Assembly: GCA_963741945.1 (NCBI GenBank)
Contig: CAVUKA010000001.1
Coordinates: 960,001-1,024,000 of the forward strand
Origin: an uncultured Gemmatimonadales bacterium
Lineage (GTDB): Bacteria > Gemmatimonadota > Gemmatimonadetes > Longimicrobiales > RSA9
Direction of reading: 5' to 3'
DNA: 64,000 nucleotides
The notes under the pieces were generated by a model. That model made no database searches. It was not told the DNA's origin and saw nothing but the letters and a program-made list of their open reading frames with translations. Of the stretch, positions 15,035-23,776 are shown in pieces; position 1 is the first letter of the stretch, and every line of letters begins with the position of its first letter. The position numbers were made by a program, and so were the translations under genes.

Positions 15035-15619
15035 TCAAGCCACTCCCGCGCCCTTCGGGGCGCCGCTCGCCTGTGCACGATCCAGGTACGCGGTGACGAT
15101 CCGACGATCCTCCTCCGCGTCGATTCGCTGCCCGAGCAGGTGGGCCGCCGCCGCAATGGAGAGCTCCACGGCTTCGCGCCGCAGCGACTCCACCGCCTGT
15201 TCGCGCTCGCGCTCGATCTCCCGCCGCGCCCGCGCGATGACCTCCTCCTGGTCGGCCTTGGCCCGGGACACCAGCTCCTGGCGCACCTTCTCCGCGTCCT
15301 GCTTTCCCTGCGCGATGATCTGCTGCGCCTCCTCGCGGGCCTTGGCCAGGTCGCGACGCTGCGCTTCCAGCGCCGCCTGCGCCTCGTCTCGCGCTTCCTT
15401 CGCCTCGTCCAGGTTCTGCTGGATACGGTCCTCACGCGCCTGGGCGTAGCCGAGGATCGGCGGGTACGCCCACTTCCAGAGCACGAACAGCAGCGTGAAG
15501 AAGATGATCAGCGTCCAGAATGACGTCGACATGCTCAGGTTGAACACGTTCGGCGCCTCTTCCGCTGCCCCTTCCGCGGCGTGCACCGTGCCCTGGACCG
15601 CAAGCCAGATGAGATTCAT
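15035..15619 (-). CDS. atpF: ATP synthase subunit b
   Basis: TM helix FWTLIIF..W..PPI followed by a long coiled coil. Confidence 0.95.
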   Translation of the reverse strand: MNLIWLAVQGTVHAAEGAAEEAPNVFNLSMSTSFWTLIIFFTLLFVLWKWAYPPILGYAQAREDRIQQNLDEAKEARDEAQAALEAQRRDLAKAREEAQQIIAQGKQDAEKVRQELVSRAKADQEEVIARARREIEREREQAVESLRREAVELSIAAAAHLLGQRIDAEEDRRIVTAYLDRAQASGAPKGAGVA

Positions 15620-15713
15620 GTCGTTCCCAGCGTTCAGCGTTCGGAGTTCCTGTCGCCATCACCTCGCCCGTCGGGCCGCCGGACGTGGCCGGCGACCCCC
15701 GGGCAGGGCTATG

Positions 15714-15989
15714 TCAGATCAGGAACGCAATGACCAGCGAGAACAGCGCGACACCTTCGATCAGTGCCGCCAGAATGATCGACGCCGTCTGGATGTTGGC
15801 CGCGATCTCCGGCTGACGCGCCATCCCGGCGGTCATCCCGCTGCCGATCCAGCCAATCCCCACGCCCGCGCCCACCACCGTGATCCCGGCGCCGACCGCC
15901 TTGCCGAAATTCGCCAGGTAGCCGGTCACCTCGCCGGTCATCCCGCCGGCCGCCAGGCCTTCCTGAAGCGCTGCAAGAAAGTGGAACAT
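15714..15989 (-). CDS. atpE: ATP synthase subunit c (probably H+-type)
   Basis: GAGVGIG, ARQPE loop, LIEG; lacks the Q..ES(T) Na+ signature. Confidence 0.95.
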   Translation of the reverse strand: MFHFLAALQEGLAAGGMTGEVTGYLANFGKAVGAGITVVGAGVGIGWIGSGMTAGMARQPEIAANIQTASIILAALIEGVALFSLVIAFLI

Positions 15990-16264
15990 CCCTGTCTCCG
16001 TTCAGTTGATCGGGGGTCCTTTTCGTCTTCCGCTCCTCGGCCACGCCGGACGTCCCCCGGACGCCCGCTCCGGCCGTCACCGCTTCACGGGCCTCCGGCC
16101 CCGCGGCTCTCCACCGGCACCCTGCCGGCTGACATACGACGGGGGCGCTGGAGCGCTGGCCTCCCGAAGCCGCGTCACTCCGGACGGACGCGGTCGCCCA
16201 CCTGCCAATGGTCCCGCCGCCTGCTTCCCGCTACCGAACGCCGCCCGGCAATGACTTCAATGCT

Positions 16265-17161
16265 TCAATGCGCGTGGCGGATCAGCCCGATGAACACGGC
16301 GCTCAGCATGGCGAAGATGTAGGCCTGGAGGAATCCCACGAAGATCTCCAGGAGCATGATCGCCACGGCCATGAGAACGGGCGCCGGCACCACCCACACC
16401 GCGCTGGCTCCCACGGCCATGACCGCGAGCCCCGTAAGCGCGAGCACCACGGCGTGCCCTGCGGTCATGTTCGCGTACAGCCGGATCGCCAGGGCGAACG
16501 GCTTGGTGAGCTTCCCCAGGAACTCCACGGGGGTCATGATCACCACCATCAGGTACTTCCCGACCCCGCTCATCCCGGCGGGGGCGTAGAAGATCGTGCG
16601 CAGCCAGTTCTGGAGCCCCAGCTGCCGCAGACCGCTCACTTCCACGGTCAGGAACGTGACCACGGCCAGCGCGGCCGTGACCGAGATGTTCCCCGTGGGC
16701 GACGCCCCCCACGGCAGCAGGCCCAGCAGGTTGCAGAAGAGGATGAAGAAAAAGACCGAGATGATGTACGGGTAGAACGCCTCGCCGTGCGGGCCCAGGT
16801 TCGGCTTGGCCACTTCATCGCGGAGGAAGAGAATGAACACCTCCACCACGTTGTGGTGCCCCTTCGGCCCTCGCTTCGCGCCCGCCTCGTGCTCGCGCTT
16901 CGCCCGCCCCGCCGCCGGGATCAGCACCAGCGCCACCAGGACCGCAGCGATCATCATGAACAGCACGTGCTTGGTGATCGAGAAGTCCATCACAAGCGGC
17001 CCGAGGTGGACCGGCTCGAACTGCGGCAGGTGGACCGTCCACGGCCCCACTTCCCACTCCGGCGAGTCCGCCAGGTGGTGCAGGATCATCTCCTGTATGT
17101 CGAACCCGCCCCGGGCTTCCTGGGCGGCGGCCTGCAGCAACGGTTGAATCATGCCCACCAT
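16265..17161 (-). CDS. atpB: ATP synthase subunit a
   Basis: NLLGLLP, KPFALAIRLYANM.AGH, LQAYIF. Confidence 0.97.
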   Translation of the reverse strand: MVGMIQPLLQAAAQEARGGFDIQEMILHHLADSPEWEVGPWTVHLPQFEPVHLGPLVMDFSITKHVLFMMIAAVLVALVLIPAAGRAKREHEAGAKRGPKGHHNVVEVFILFLRDEVAKPNLGPHGEAFYPYIISVFFFILFCNLLGLLPWGASPTGNISVTAALAVVTFLTVEVSGLRQLGLQNWLRTIFYAPAGMSGVGKYLMVVIMTPVEFLGKLTKPFALAIRLYANMTAGHAVVLALTGLAVMAVGASAVWVVPAPVLMAVAIMLLEIFVGFLQAYIFAMLSAVFIGLIRHAH

Positions 17162-17521
17162 TCACTCAGCAAGTCGCAGAAACAGTGGCTCCAGCAGCAC
17201 CAGCACCATCAAGAACCCCACGAGGCTGAGAAGCGCCGACGCCGGGTCCATCGCCGTCCCCCGCGTCACCCACAACGCCACGGCACCCACCGCCGCCAAC
17301 CGCAGCAGCATGCCCGACGCCCAGCCCACCACGAACCCGTGCCCCCGACGTCGTCCCGCGAGTAGCGCCGCGTAGGCCATCAACTGCACCGGCCACGCGA
17401 TCACCGCCGCCAGCCACACCGCGCGCGGATCCGCCCCACCCACCACCGCCAGGATCACCATCACCAGCCCCACCAGCAACACGGCGCTCCCTGCCGCGTA
17501 GGCGAACCAGCTCAACATCAA
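17162..17521 (-). CDS. AtpI-like membrane protein
   Basis: Four hydrophobic segments; position before atpB. Confidence 0.65.
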   Translation of the reverse strand: MMLSWFAYAAGSAVLLVGLVMVILAVVGGADPRAVWLAAVIAWPVQLMAYAALLAGRRRGHGFVVGWASGMLLRLAAVGAVALWVTRGTAMDPASALLSLVGFLMVLVLLEPLFLRLAE

Positions 17522-17784
17522 TCCCCGCCTCGCTTCTCGTCAGGGCCGCGCTGCCCAGGTACCTCGATCAGATGGTGGTACATGTGGTAGAACCCCGCCG
17601 CCGCTCCCAGAAATGCGCCAAGGAGCGCGAGCCAGGGTTCCGTATGCAGCCAGTCGTCGGCCTTCGTGCCGAGCCACAGGAACAGCAGCGTGCTCGCTAC
17701 CCACGTCAGACCGTAGCCCAGATACTCGCCAACTCCGGTCGACGACGATTGGCCTTCCGAACCCCCCCCACGACCATCCGCCAC
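17518..17784 (-). CDS. AtpZ/AtpI-family membrane protein
   Basis: G...D.WL.T.PW....G..LG...G pattern; first gene of the atp operon. Confidence 0.85.
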   Translation of the reverse strand: MADGRGGGSEGQSSSTGVGEYLGYGLTWVASTLLFLWLGTKADDWLHTEPWLALLGAFLGAAAGFYHMYHHLIEVPGQRGPDEKRGGD

Positions 17785-17820
17785 GGCTGCCGCCCTCTTC
17801 TCCGGGTCGTGCCGAACGCG

Positions 17821-17849
17821 AACCTACGGCTTTGTGAAAAAATGCGCAA
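17821..17849 (-). promoter_or_regulatory. sigma70 promoter of the atp operon
   Basis: TTGCGC-N17-TAGGTT. Confidence 0.6.
17832..17849. promoter_or_regulatory. Rex-like operator
   Basis: TTGTGAA-AAAA-TGCGCAA vs consensus TTGTGAA-N4-TTCACAA (2 mismatches). Confidence 0.55.
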
Positions 17850-17897
17850 GCACTGCCGCAGGCCCCGGCACGACCCCGGTTTGACTCCCTTCGCGCA

Positions 17898-17913
17898 CGG
17901 TCTCTATCTTGCA
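17898..17913 (+). promoter_or_regulatory. Weak putative sigma54 promoter
   Basis: CGGTCTCTATCTTGCA, GG-N10-GC, imperfect -24 box. Confidence 0.4.
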
Positions 17914-17958
17914 CCCTCATGGCTTTCCTGCAATGCCCACCGCGTTCATGGAGGGGAT

Positions 17959-18399
17959 ATGCGCGCTGTTCCCGCGCTGCTCCTGAGTCTTGTGATCCTG
18001 AACTGCGGCGCTCCCCCGGAGGCGCAAGTGGCAGGAACGGGCAATGAGCCCGGAGTCGAAGAGATGGCGGCCTCCCTCGAGGTGTACGTGCGCCCCGCCG
18101 GGGTGCACCTGGTGCTCCATGTGACGAACGCCGGTAAGCGGCCGGTAGCGTTCGTGTTCCCGACGTCGCAGCGCAGCGATTTCGCCATCTACGCGGCGGG
18201 CGGAGATCGGGTGTGGCGCTGGTCGGATGGAATGTCGTTTCTGCAGGTGGTCGCGGAGGACACGTTAGCGGCGGGTGAGACGTGGGCGATGGAGGCGGAC
18301 TGGAAACCCGGGGCTGGCGCCGGCGCATACGAAGCGCGCGGGTGGCTCACGGCGCGGGAGGGGCACCTGGAACAGACAACCTCCTTCACGCTGCCGTGA
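17959..18399 (+). CDS. BsuPI-like proteinase-inhibitor domain protein, probable lipoprotein
   Basis: GGAGGGG RBS; hydrophobic leader ending ILNC; FPTSQRSDF..G..VWRWSDGMSFLQ motif. Confidence 0.75.
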   Translation: MRAVPALLLSLVILNCGAPPEAQVAGTGNEPGVEEMAASLEVYVRPAGVHLVLHVTNAGKRPVAFVFPTSQRSDFAIYAAGGDRVWRWSDGMSFLQVVAEDTLAAGETWAMEADWKPGAGAGAYEARGWLTAREGHLEQTTSFTLP

Positions 18400-18582
18400 G
18401 GGGCTCATGGAAGTCCGGGAGGCGGCCAGCCCGTCCGGAGGGGCGGACGTGGGCGATGTCGACGGAGGCCGTACGCCGCAGCGCGGCGGGCGAAGCGGAC
18501 GAGCTCATCGAGCCCGGCAGGAAATGGACGTAGACCGAAGTAGTCGAAAGGCGGAGGAGCCTCCTCACCGAAGGCGGACCGG

Positions 18583-19914
18583 GTGATCGGTCTTGCCGCC
18601 GCTCTCGTTCTCTCTCTGGCCCTCTCCGCCTTCCTGACTGCGGCAGAGGTGGCCCTCTTCTCCCTCGGCGACGCCCGCATCCGCAGCATGGTCGAGGGTG
18701 GCACGAGCGCGCTCGCGCGCATCCGGGCGCGGCCCCGTGCGCTCCTGGTTCTCCTCCGCTTCGGCGACGGCTTCGCGGCCGTGGTGGCGGGAGCCTCGGC
18801 ATTCCGCCTCGGTCACATCCTCGTCCCCGTCTGGGGCGGCCTGATCGGGATCCTGGTGGCCTCGGTGCTGCTCGTGGCCGTGGGCGAACTCTGGCCCCGT
18901 CGCATCCTGCCGGACCGGGGCGTGCGCTTCGCCGTGGCCATCGCGCCCATGATGCTCGCCCTGAGCCGGGTCCTGCGCCCGATCCTCTATCCGCTCGAAC
19001 GCATGACGGCCTCGCTGCCGGAGCCCCGTCTGACGTCGGTGACCGAGATCACCGAGTCGGAGCTCCGCCAGCTCACCGCGCTGGGGCGGAGCGAAGGCGC
19101 GATCGACGAGCACGAAGGTCAGATCATCGAGCGAGCGTTCCGCCTCGAGGACACGCATGTCTGGGACATCATGACGCCGCGCGTGGACATCTTCGCCTGG
19201 CCGGATTCCCTGACGCTGGAGCAGATCGTGCCCCAGGTGGGGAGCGTCCCCTTCTCCCGCGTCCCCGTGTACGGCGAGTCCATCGATGACGTCACCGGCG
19301 TCCTGTACCTGCGCGATGCGTATCAGGCGCTGGTCGCGGGGCAGAAGGAGATGCCGCTGCGCAGCCTGGCACGCCAACCGCTGGTGGTTCCCGGCTCGCT
19401 CCCGCTCACGCGGCTGCTCCGGGATTTCCAGAATCGCCGCATCCACCTCGCGCTCGTGGTGGATGAGTACGGCGGGATCGATGGCCTGGTGACGCTCGAG
19501 GACGTGATCGAGGAGCTCGTCGGCGAGATCGAGGACGAGACGGATGTGACGGAAGTCTCCATCGTGCGCATCTCCCGGAACGAGATCATCGCGGAGGGCG
19601 ACACGGAGCTGCGCGAGATCAACCACCTGTTCAACGCGGCGCTGCCGCTCCTGGAGCACCGCTCCCTCAACGGGTACCTCATGGAAGAGCTGGGTCGGGT
19701 GCCGCAGCCCAAAGAGACGCTGAAGCGCCAGGGGTTGGAGATCGAGGTGCTGGATGCGTCGGAGACCCAGGTGATGCGCGCACGCATCAGCCGCCTCCCC
19801 GGCTCCGGCGATCCGGCTGCGGGCGACGCTGCGGGAGCCGGTCCGTCAGCCGAGCAGGGCGACGCAGACTCGCAGCCGCACCGCGCGGAGGGGCAGCAGT
19901 GGAGGGGAGCGTAG
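18583..19914 (+). CDS. CNNM/CBS/CorC-domain protein (TlyC/hemolysin family)
   Basis: SAF..AE.ALFS, IMTPRVDI, FSRVPVY, VVDEYGG..GLVTLED. Confidence 0.92.
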   Translation: MIGLAAALVLSLALSAFLTAAEVALFSLGDARIRSMVEGGTSALARIRARPRALLVLLRFGDGFAAVVAGASAFRLGHILVPVWGGLIGILVASVLLVAVGELWPRRILPDRGVRFAVAIAPMMLALSRVLRPILYPLERMTASLPEPRLTSVTEITESELRQLTALGRSEGAIDEHEGQIIERAFRLEDTHVWDIMTPRVDIFAWPDSLTLEQIVPQVGSVPFSRVPVYGESIDDVTGVLYLRDAYQALVAGQKEMPLRSLARQPLVVPGSLPLTRLLRDFQNRRIHLALVVDEYGGIDGLVTLEDVIEELVGEIEDETDVTEVSIVRISRNEIIAEGDTELREINHLFNAALPLLEHRSLNGYLMEELGRVPQPKETLKRQGLEIEVLDASETQVMRARISRLPGSGDPAAGDAAGAGPSAEQGDADSQPHRAEGQQWRGA

Positions 19915-20876
19915 TGTCCGGCGACCCCGATGCCCGTGCGGTCTTCGAAGCGCGCGTCCGTCTGGCCGGTGTGGCACGCGACACGCCGCTCCAGCACTCG
20001 GCGTGGCTGAGCGACGTCGCCGGTCACCCCGTCTACCTCAAGCTGGAGTGCTGGCAGCGAACCGGCTCATTCAAGCTGCGTGGCGCGTACAACGCCGTCG
20101 CGGCGCTGACCACCGAGGCCCGGCAGCGTGGGCTGCTCACGGCTTCGGCCGGCAACCATGGCCAGGCGGTGGCGCTGGCTGCCCGTCTCCTCGGCGCTCG
20201 GGCCGTGGTGGTGGTGCCGGGCTCGGCCCCGGAGACCAAGAAGCGGCGGATCCGTGCCTATGGCGCCGAGCTCCGTGAAGTGGACGGCACGTACGACGAC
20301 GCCGCTGTTGTCGCCGCCCGGCTCGCCCGCGATTCGGGCGCCCGAAACATCCACGGCTTCGCCGACGCGGCGGTCGTGGCCGGGCAGGGCACGGTGGGTC
20401 TCGAGATTCTGGAAGCGTTGCCGGCGGTCCGGGACGTTCTCGCGCCCGTGGGCGGCGGCGGCCTGATCGCGGGGCTGGGCATCATCTTCCGGGCGCTGGC
20501 CGGTCAGGAGACGCGCATCCTCGGGGTCCAATCGGAGCGCACGCGTGCCATGCACGCCGCCTTCGACGCCGGCCGGGTGGTCCCCACGCCCTGGGAGGAG
20601 ACCCTGTGCGATGGGCTGGCCGGTGAGGTCGAGCCGGAGAGCTACGCCCGGGCGCGGCGGGTGGTGGACGCCATCGACCTCGTCCCCGAGGACCGGGTAG
20701 GCCCGGCGATCCGGGCGTTGTACGAGCACGAGGGGGTGGTGGCGGAAGGGTCCGGGGCGGTCGGCGTGGCCGCGCTCATGGCGGGCACCGTGGAGCTCCG
20801 AGGGCCGACCGTCGTGGTGATCAGCGGGGGCAACATCGATGGCAGCGCCCTCGCCCGCATCCTGGCAGGGAGCTGA
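19899..20876 (+). CDS. PLP-dependent threonine/serine dehydratase family (likely start 19914)
   Basis: KLE..Q.TGSFKLRGA, ASAGNHGQ, VGGGGLI, ISGGNID; no regulatory domain. Confidence 0.9.
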   Translation: MEGSVVSGDPDARAVFEARVRLAGVARDTPLQHSAWLSDVAGHPVYLKLECWQRTGSFKLRGAYNAVAALTTEARQRGLLTASAGNHGQAVALAARLLGARAVVVVPGSAPETKKRRIRAYGAELREVDGTYDDAAVVAARLARDSGARNIHGFADAAVVAGQGTVGLEILEALPAVRDVLAPVGGGGLIAGLGIIFRALAGQETRILGVQSERTRAMHAAFDAGRVVPTPWEETLCDGLAGEVEPESYARARRVVDAIDLVPEDRVGPAIRALYEHEGVVAEGSGAVGVAALMAGTVELRGPTVVVISGGNIDGSALARILAGS

Positions 20877-21415
20877 TGGCGCACATCATTCCGTTCGGCG
20901 GACACACGCCCCGAATCCATCCCACGGCCTTCGTTGCGCCCACCGCCGTGCTCATCGGGGATGTGGAGGTGGGGGAGGAATCCAGCATCTGGTTCGGCGC
21001 GGTCCTGCGTGGCGATCACCCGGAGCACGGGATCAGGATCGGCCGGCGCACCAGTGTTCAGGACAACTGCGTTCTCCACGTGAGCGCCGACGGCCCCACG
21101 CTCGTGGGGGATGATGTCACCATCGGACACGGCGCGGTATTCGAGAGCTGCGAGATCGGGGATGGTGCGCTCATCGGAATGAACGCCGTCCTGCTGCACC
21201 ACGTGGTGGTCGGTGAGCGCGCCCTTGTGGCCGCGCTCAGCGTTGTGCCCTCGGAGATGGCGGTACCGCCGGGAACCGTGGTGGCGGGCGCGCCCGCGAC
21301 GGTGCGGAAGGAGCTGGCGGGGGAGTCCGCGGACTGGATCGAGGTGGGCGCGTCGCATTATGTCGAGCTTTCGCGGCGCTACCTGGCCATGGCGCGGCCG
21401 GAGGCCGAGCGATGA
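20876..21415 (+). CDS. Gamma-carbonic anhydrase family protein
   Basis: Hexapeptide repeats, LRGD, QDN..H, IGH; the third His ligand appears to be Glu (VFES). Confidence 0.88.
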   Translation: MAHIIPFGGHTPRIHPTAFVAPTAVLIGDVEVGEESSIWFGAVLRGDHPEHGIRIGRRTSVQDNCVLHVSADGPTLVGDDVTIGHGAVFESCEIGDGALIGMNAVLLHHVVVGERALVAALSVVPSEMAVPPGTVVAGAPATVRKELAGESADWIEVGASHYVELSRRYLAMARPEAER

Positions 21416-22521
21416 GCGCGCCGAAGCCCCGGGTGGTGGTGGTCGGCGGCGGAATCATCGGGTGCGCGTCCGCGTGGCGACTCGCTCGCGCGGGTGCGGA
21501 CGTGCTGCTCATCGAGCGGGACGTGCCGGGAGCCCACGCCTCCTCGGCGGCGGCCGGCATGCTCTCGCCGCTGAAAGAGGCGGAAGAGCCGGGACCATTC
21601 CTGGAGCTCGGGCTGCAATCCCTCGAGCGGTATCCCGAGTTCATCCGCGACGTTCAGGCGGCGTCCGGACTGGACGTGGGCTTCCGCCGGGACGGGCGCC
21701 TGGACGTGGCCCTCGATGACGAGGCCGCCGCGGCACTCCGCCGGCACCAGCGCATGCAGGCGGAAGCGGGGCACGACAGCCGGCTCGTGGAAGGTGCGGA
21801 GCTCCGCCGCATCGAGCCCGCCATCACGCCGGACGCGATCCTCGCCCTGGCTACCGAGCACGATTTCCGCGTCGACAACGCGCTGCTGGTCCGCGCGCTC
21901 TGGATCGCCGCGGTGCGCGAGGGTGTCCGGGCGCGAACCGGGGTTTCGGTGACTGCGGTGGACGTAGCCGGTCACAGGGTCACCGGTGTGCGGCTGGAGC
22001 GGGGGGAAACCGTGGCCGCCGAAGTGGTGGTGGTCGCGGCTGGCGCGTGGAGTGGACAGCTCCAGCTTCCCCGCCGGCTGCCCGTGCGGCCGGTCCGCGG
22101 GCAGATCGTGGTCCTCCGTACCGTGCCGCCCGTGCTCGGCCGGAGCACGTGGGGGCCGGGCGCGTACCTGGTGCCCCGGATCGACGGTCGCCTCCTCGTG
22201 GGCTCCACCATGGAGGAGGTGGGGTTCGTGCCGGAGGTCACGGCCGGGGCCGTGGAGCGGCTGCTGCGCGTGGCCGCCCGCGTGGCGCCCGCGCTCGCCG
22301 ACGCGCCGCTCGAAGGCTTCCAGGTGGGGCTCCGCCCCGCCACCGATGACGGCCTTCCCATCATCGGCCGGGACGCGGACGTGGACGGCCTGGTATTCGC
22401 CACCGGCCACTTCCGTAACGGCATCCTGCTGGCCCCGGAGACTGCGGAGCGGGTCGTGGGCGCGGCGCTGAGGCAGGAGCCGGCGCAGGCGGCGTTCGAT
22501 CCCGGTCGCTTCGGCGCCTGA
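21412..22521 (+). CDS. thiO: Glycine oxidase (DAO family)
   Basis: GGGIIG, ASSAAAGML.P, PVRGQ, GLRP, GHFRNGILLAP. Confidence 0.8.
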   Translation: MSAPKPRVVVVGGGIIGCASAWRLARAGADVLLIERDVPGAHASSAAAGMLSPLKEAEEPGPFLELGLQSLERYPEFIRDVQAASGLDVGFRRDGRLDVALDDEAAAALRRHQRMQAEAGHDSRLVEGAELRRIEPAITPDAILALATEHDFRVDNALLVRALWIAAVREGVRARTGVSVTAVDVAGHRVTGVRLERGETVAAEVVVVAAGAWSGQLQLPRRLPVRPVRGQIVVLRTVPPVLGRSTWGPGAYLVPRIDGRLLVGSTMEEVGFVPEVTAGAVERLLRVAARVAPALADAPLEGFQVGLRPATDDGLPIIGRDADVDGLVFATGHFRNGILLAPETAERVVGAALRQEPAQAAFDPGRFGA

Positions 22522-22541
22522 ACGCCCTGCGAAATGGCGGT

Positions 22542-22994
22542 CTACTGCGACCGCTTCCGCTCTTCGAGCGACCGGAAATACTCCGCCACCGATGTGCGTC
22601 CGTACAGGTACCACGCCAGCGCGGCGGCGAACGGGAGGGTCACGGCGACGGGCCGTGCCAGGTCGCCGGCGCTCTGCGCCACCCCCGTGAATGCGGGCGC
22701 CACGGCGGCCAGGGCGAGGGGAAGGAACACGGCCGCCCGGGCCCACGGCCTCCGCAACGCGAGCGCCAGCGCCGCCCCCGCGGCGGCCAGCGCCATCGGC
22801 GCCAGGATCGGCACCAGGCGCGTCAGTGCTTCGCCCCGGCGAATGCTCCGCCCGGCCATCATGACCGGCCCCTCTCCGAACCCGAGCGTGAGCAGGATGA
22901 GGATGAGCGCTCCCGCCCAGAAGCCGAACAGCCAGCCGAGCAGGCTGAGGCCGAGCGGCCGTTCCGGACCGTCGCTTCCGCTGGTCTCACTCAC
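22542..22994 (-). CDS. Hypothetical membrane protein
   Basis: GTG start overlaps pilD stop; four hydrophobic segments. Confidence 0.65.
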   Translation of the reverse strand: MSETSGSDGPERPLGLSLLGWLFGFWAGALILILLTLGFGEGPVMMAGRSIRRGEALTRLVPILAPMALAAAGAALALALRRPWARAAVFLPLALAAVAPAFTGVAQSAGDLARPVAVTLPFAAALAWYLYGRTSVAEYFRSLEERKRSQ

Positions 22995-23776
22995 GTGGGC
23001 AGTGTGTAGGCGATGTACCATGCCAGCAGCCAGCCACCCCAGACATAGGTCACCGCTCCGCCCATCGCCAGGAAGGTGCCCAGCGGGAGGTAGGTCCCCA
23101 GCGCCTCGAGGTCGCCTTTGCGCCACGCCAGCGGAACGCCGATCAGCAGGCCGAACACCGAGCCGAGGAACACGGTCAGGAAGGCCCCGCCGACGCCGAG
23201 GAACGCGCCGATCATCGCCAGCATGTGGATGTCGCCCACACCGAGAGCGGGCTTCCGGAACATCGCTTCCGCGCCCAGCTTCACGACCCACATGAACGCG
23301 TAGGCCGCGACGGCGCCGATGAGAGCATTCCTGAGCGGGTAGCCGCCCGGCCACGCCGCCAGCCCCAGGCCGAGCACCACGCCACCCAGGGAGAGGTGGT
23401 CCGGGATGACGCGGTGCCGCCCATCCGTGATGGCGATTCCCAGGAGAAGCGTGAGGAGGAGTGCGCCCCGCACCGCTTCCAGCCCCGGGCCCTGCCAGAG
23501 CGCCATCCCGAGCCAGACCAGCGCCACGGCGAGCTCCACCAGCGGGTACTGGAGCGAGATCGGCGCGCCGCACGAGCGGCACCGCCCGCGCAGGAGGATC
23601 CAGCTCACCACGGGGATGTTGTCGTGCCACGCTATGGGGGTCCTGCAGCCGGGACAGCGGGAGCGGGGCCGCACCACCGACTCGCCGGCAGGCCAGCGGT
23701 AGACCGCGACGTTCAGAAACGACCCCACGGCCGCGCCCACGAGGGTCAGGTAGAGCGTGGAAAGCGCTGTGCTCAT
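22991..23776 (-). CDS. pilD: Prepilin peptidase/N-methyltransferase
   Basis: GSFLNV, RSRCPGC, RGRCRSC, YPLVEL, TD..H..IPD, G.GD, LP.G.FL. Confidence 0.95.
   Translation of the reverse strand: MSTALSTLYLTLVGAAVGSFLNVAVYRWPAGESVVRPRSRCPGCRTPIAWHDNIPVVSWILLRGRCRSCGAPISLQYPLVELAVALVWLGMALWQGPGLEAVRGALLLTLLLGIAITDGRHRVIPDHLSLGGVVLGLGLAAWPGGYPLRNALIGAVAAYAFMWVVKLGAEAMFRKPALGVGDIHMLAMIGAFLGVGGAFLTVFLGSVFGLLIGVPLAWRKGDLEALGTYLPLGTFLAMGGAVTYVWGGWLLAWYIAYTLPT

Noticed and set aside
15714-15989. Na+-translocating or N-type ATPase
   Set aside because: Subunit c lacks the Na+ ligand signature; gene order is standard with a separate delta.
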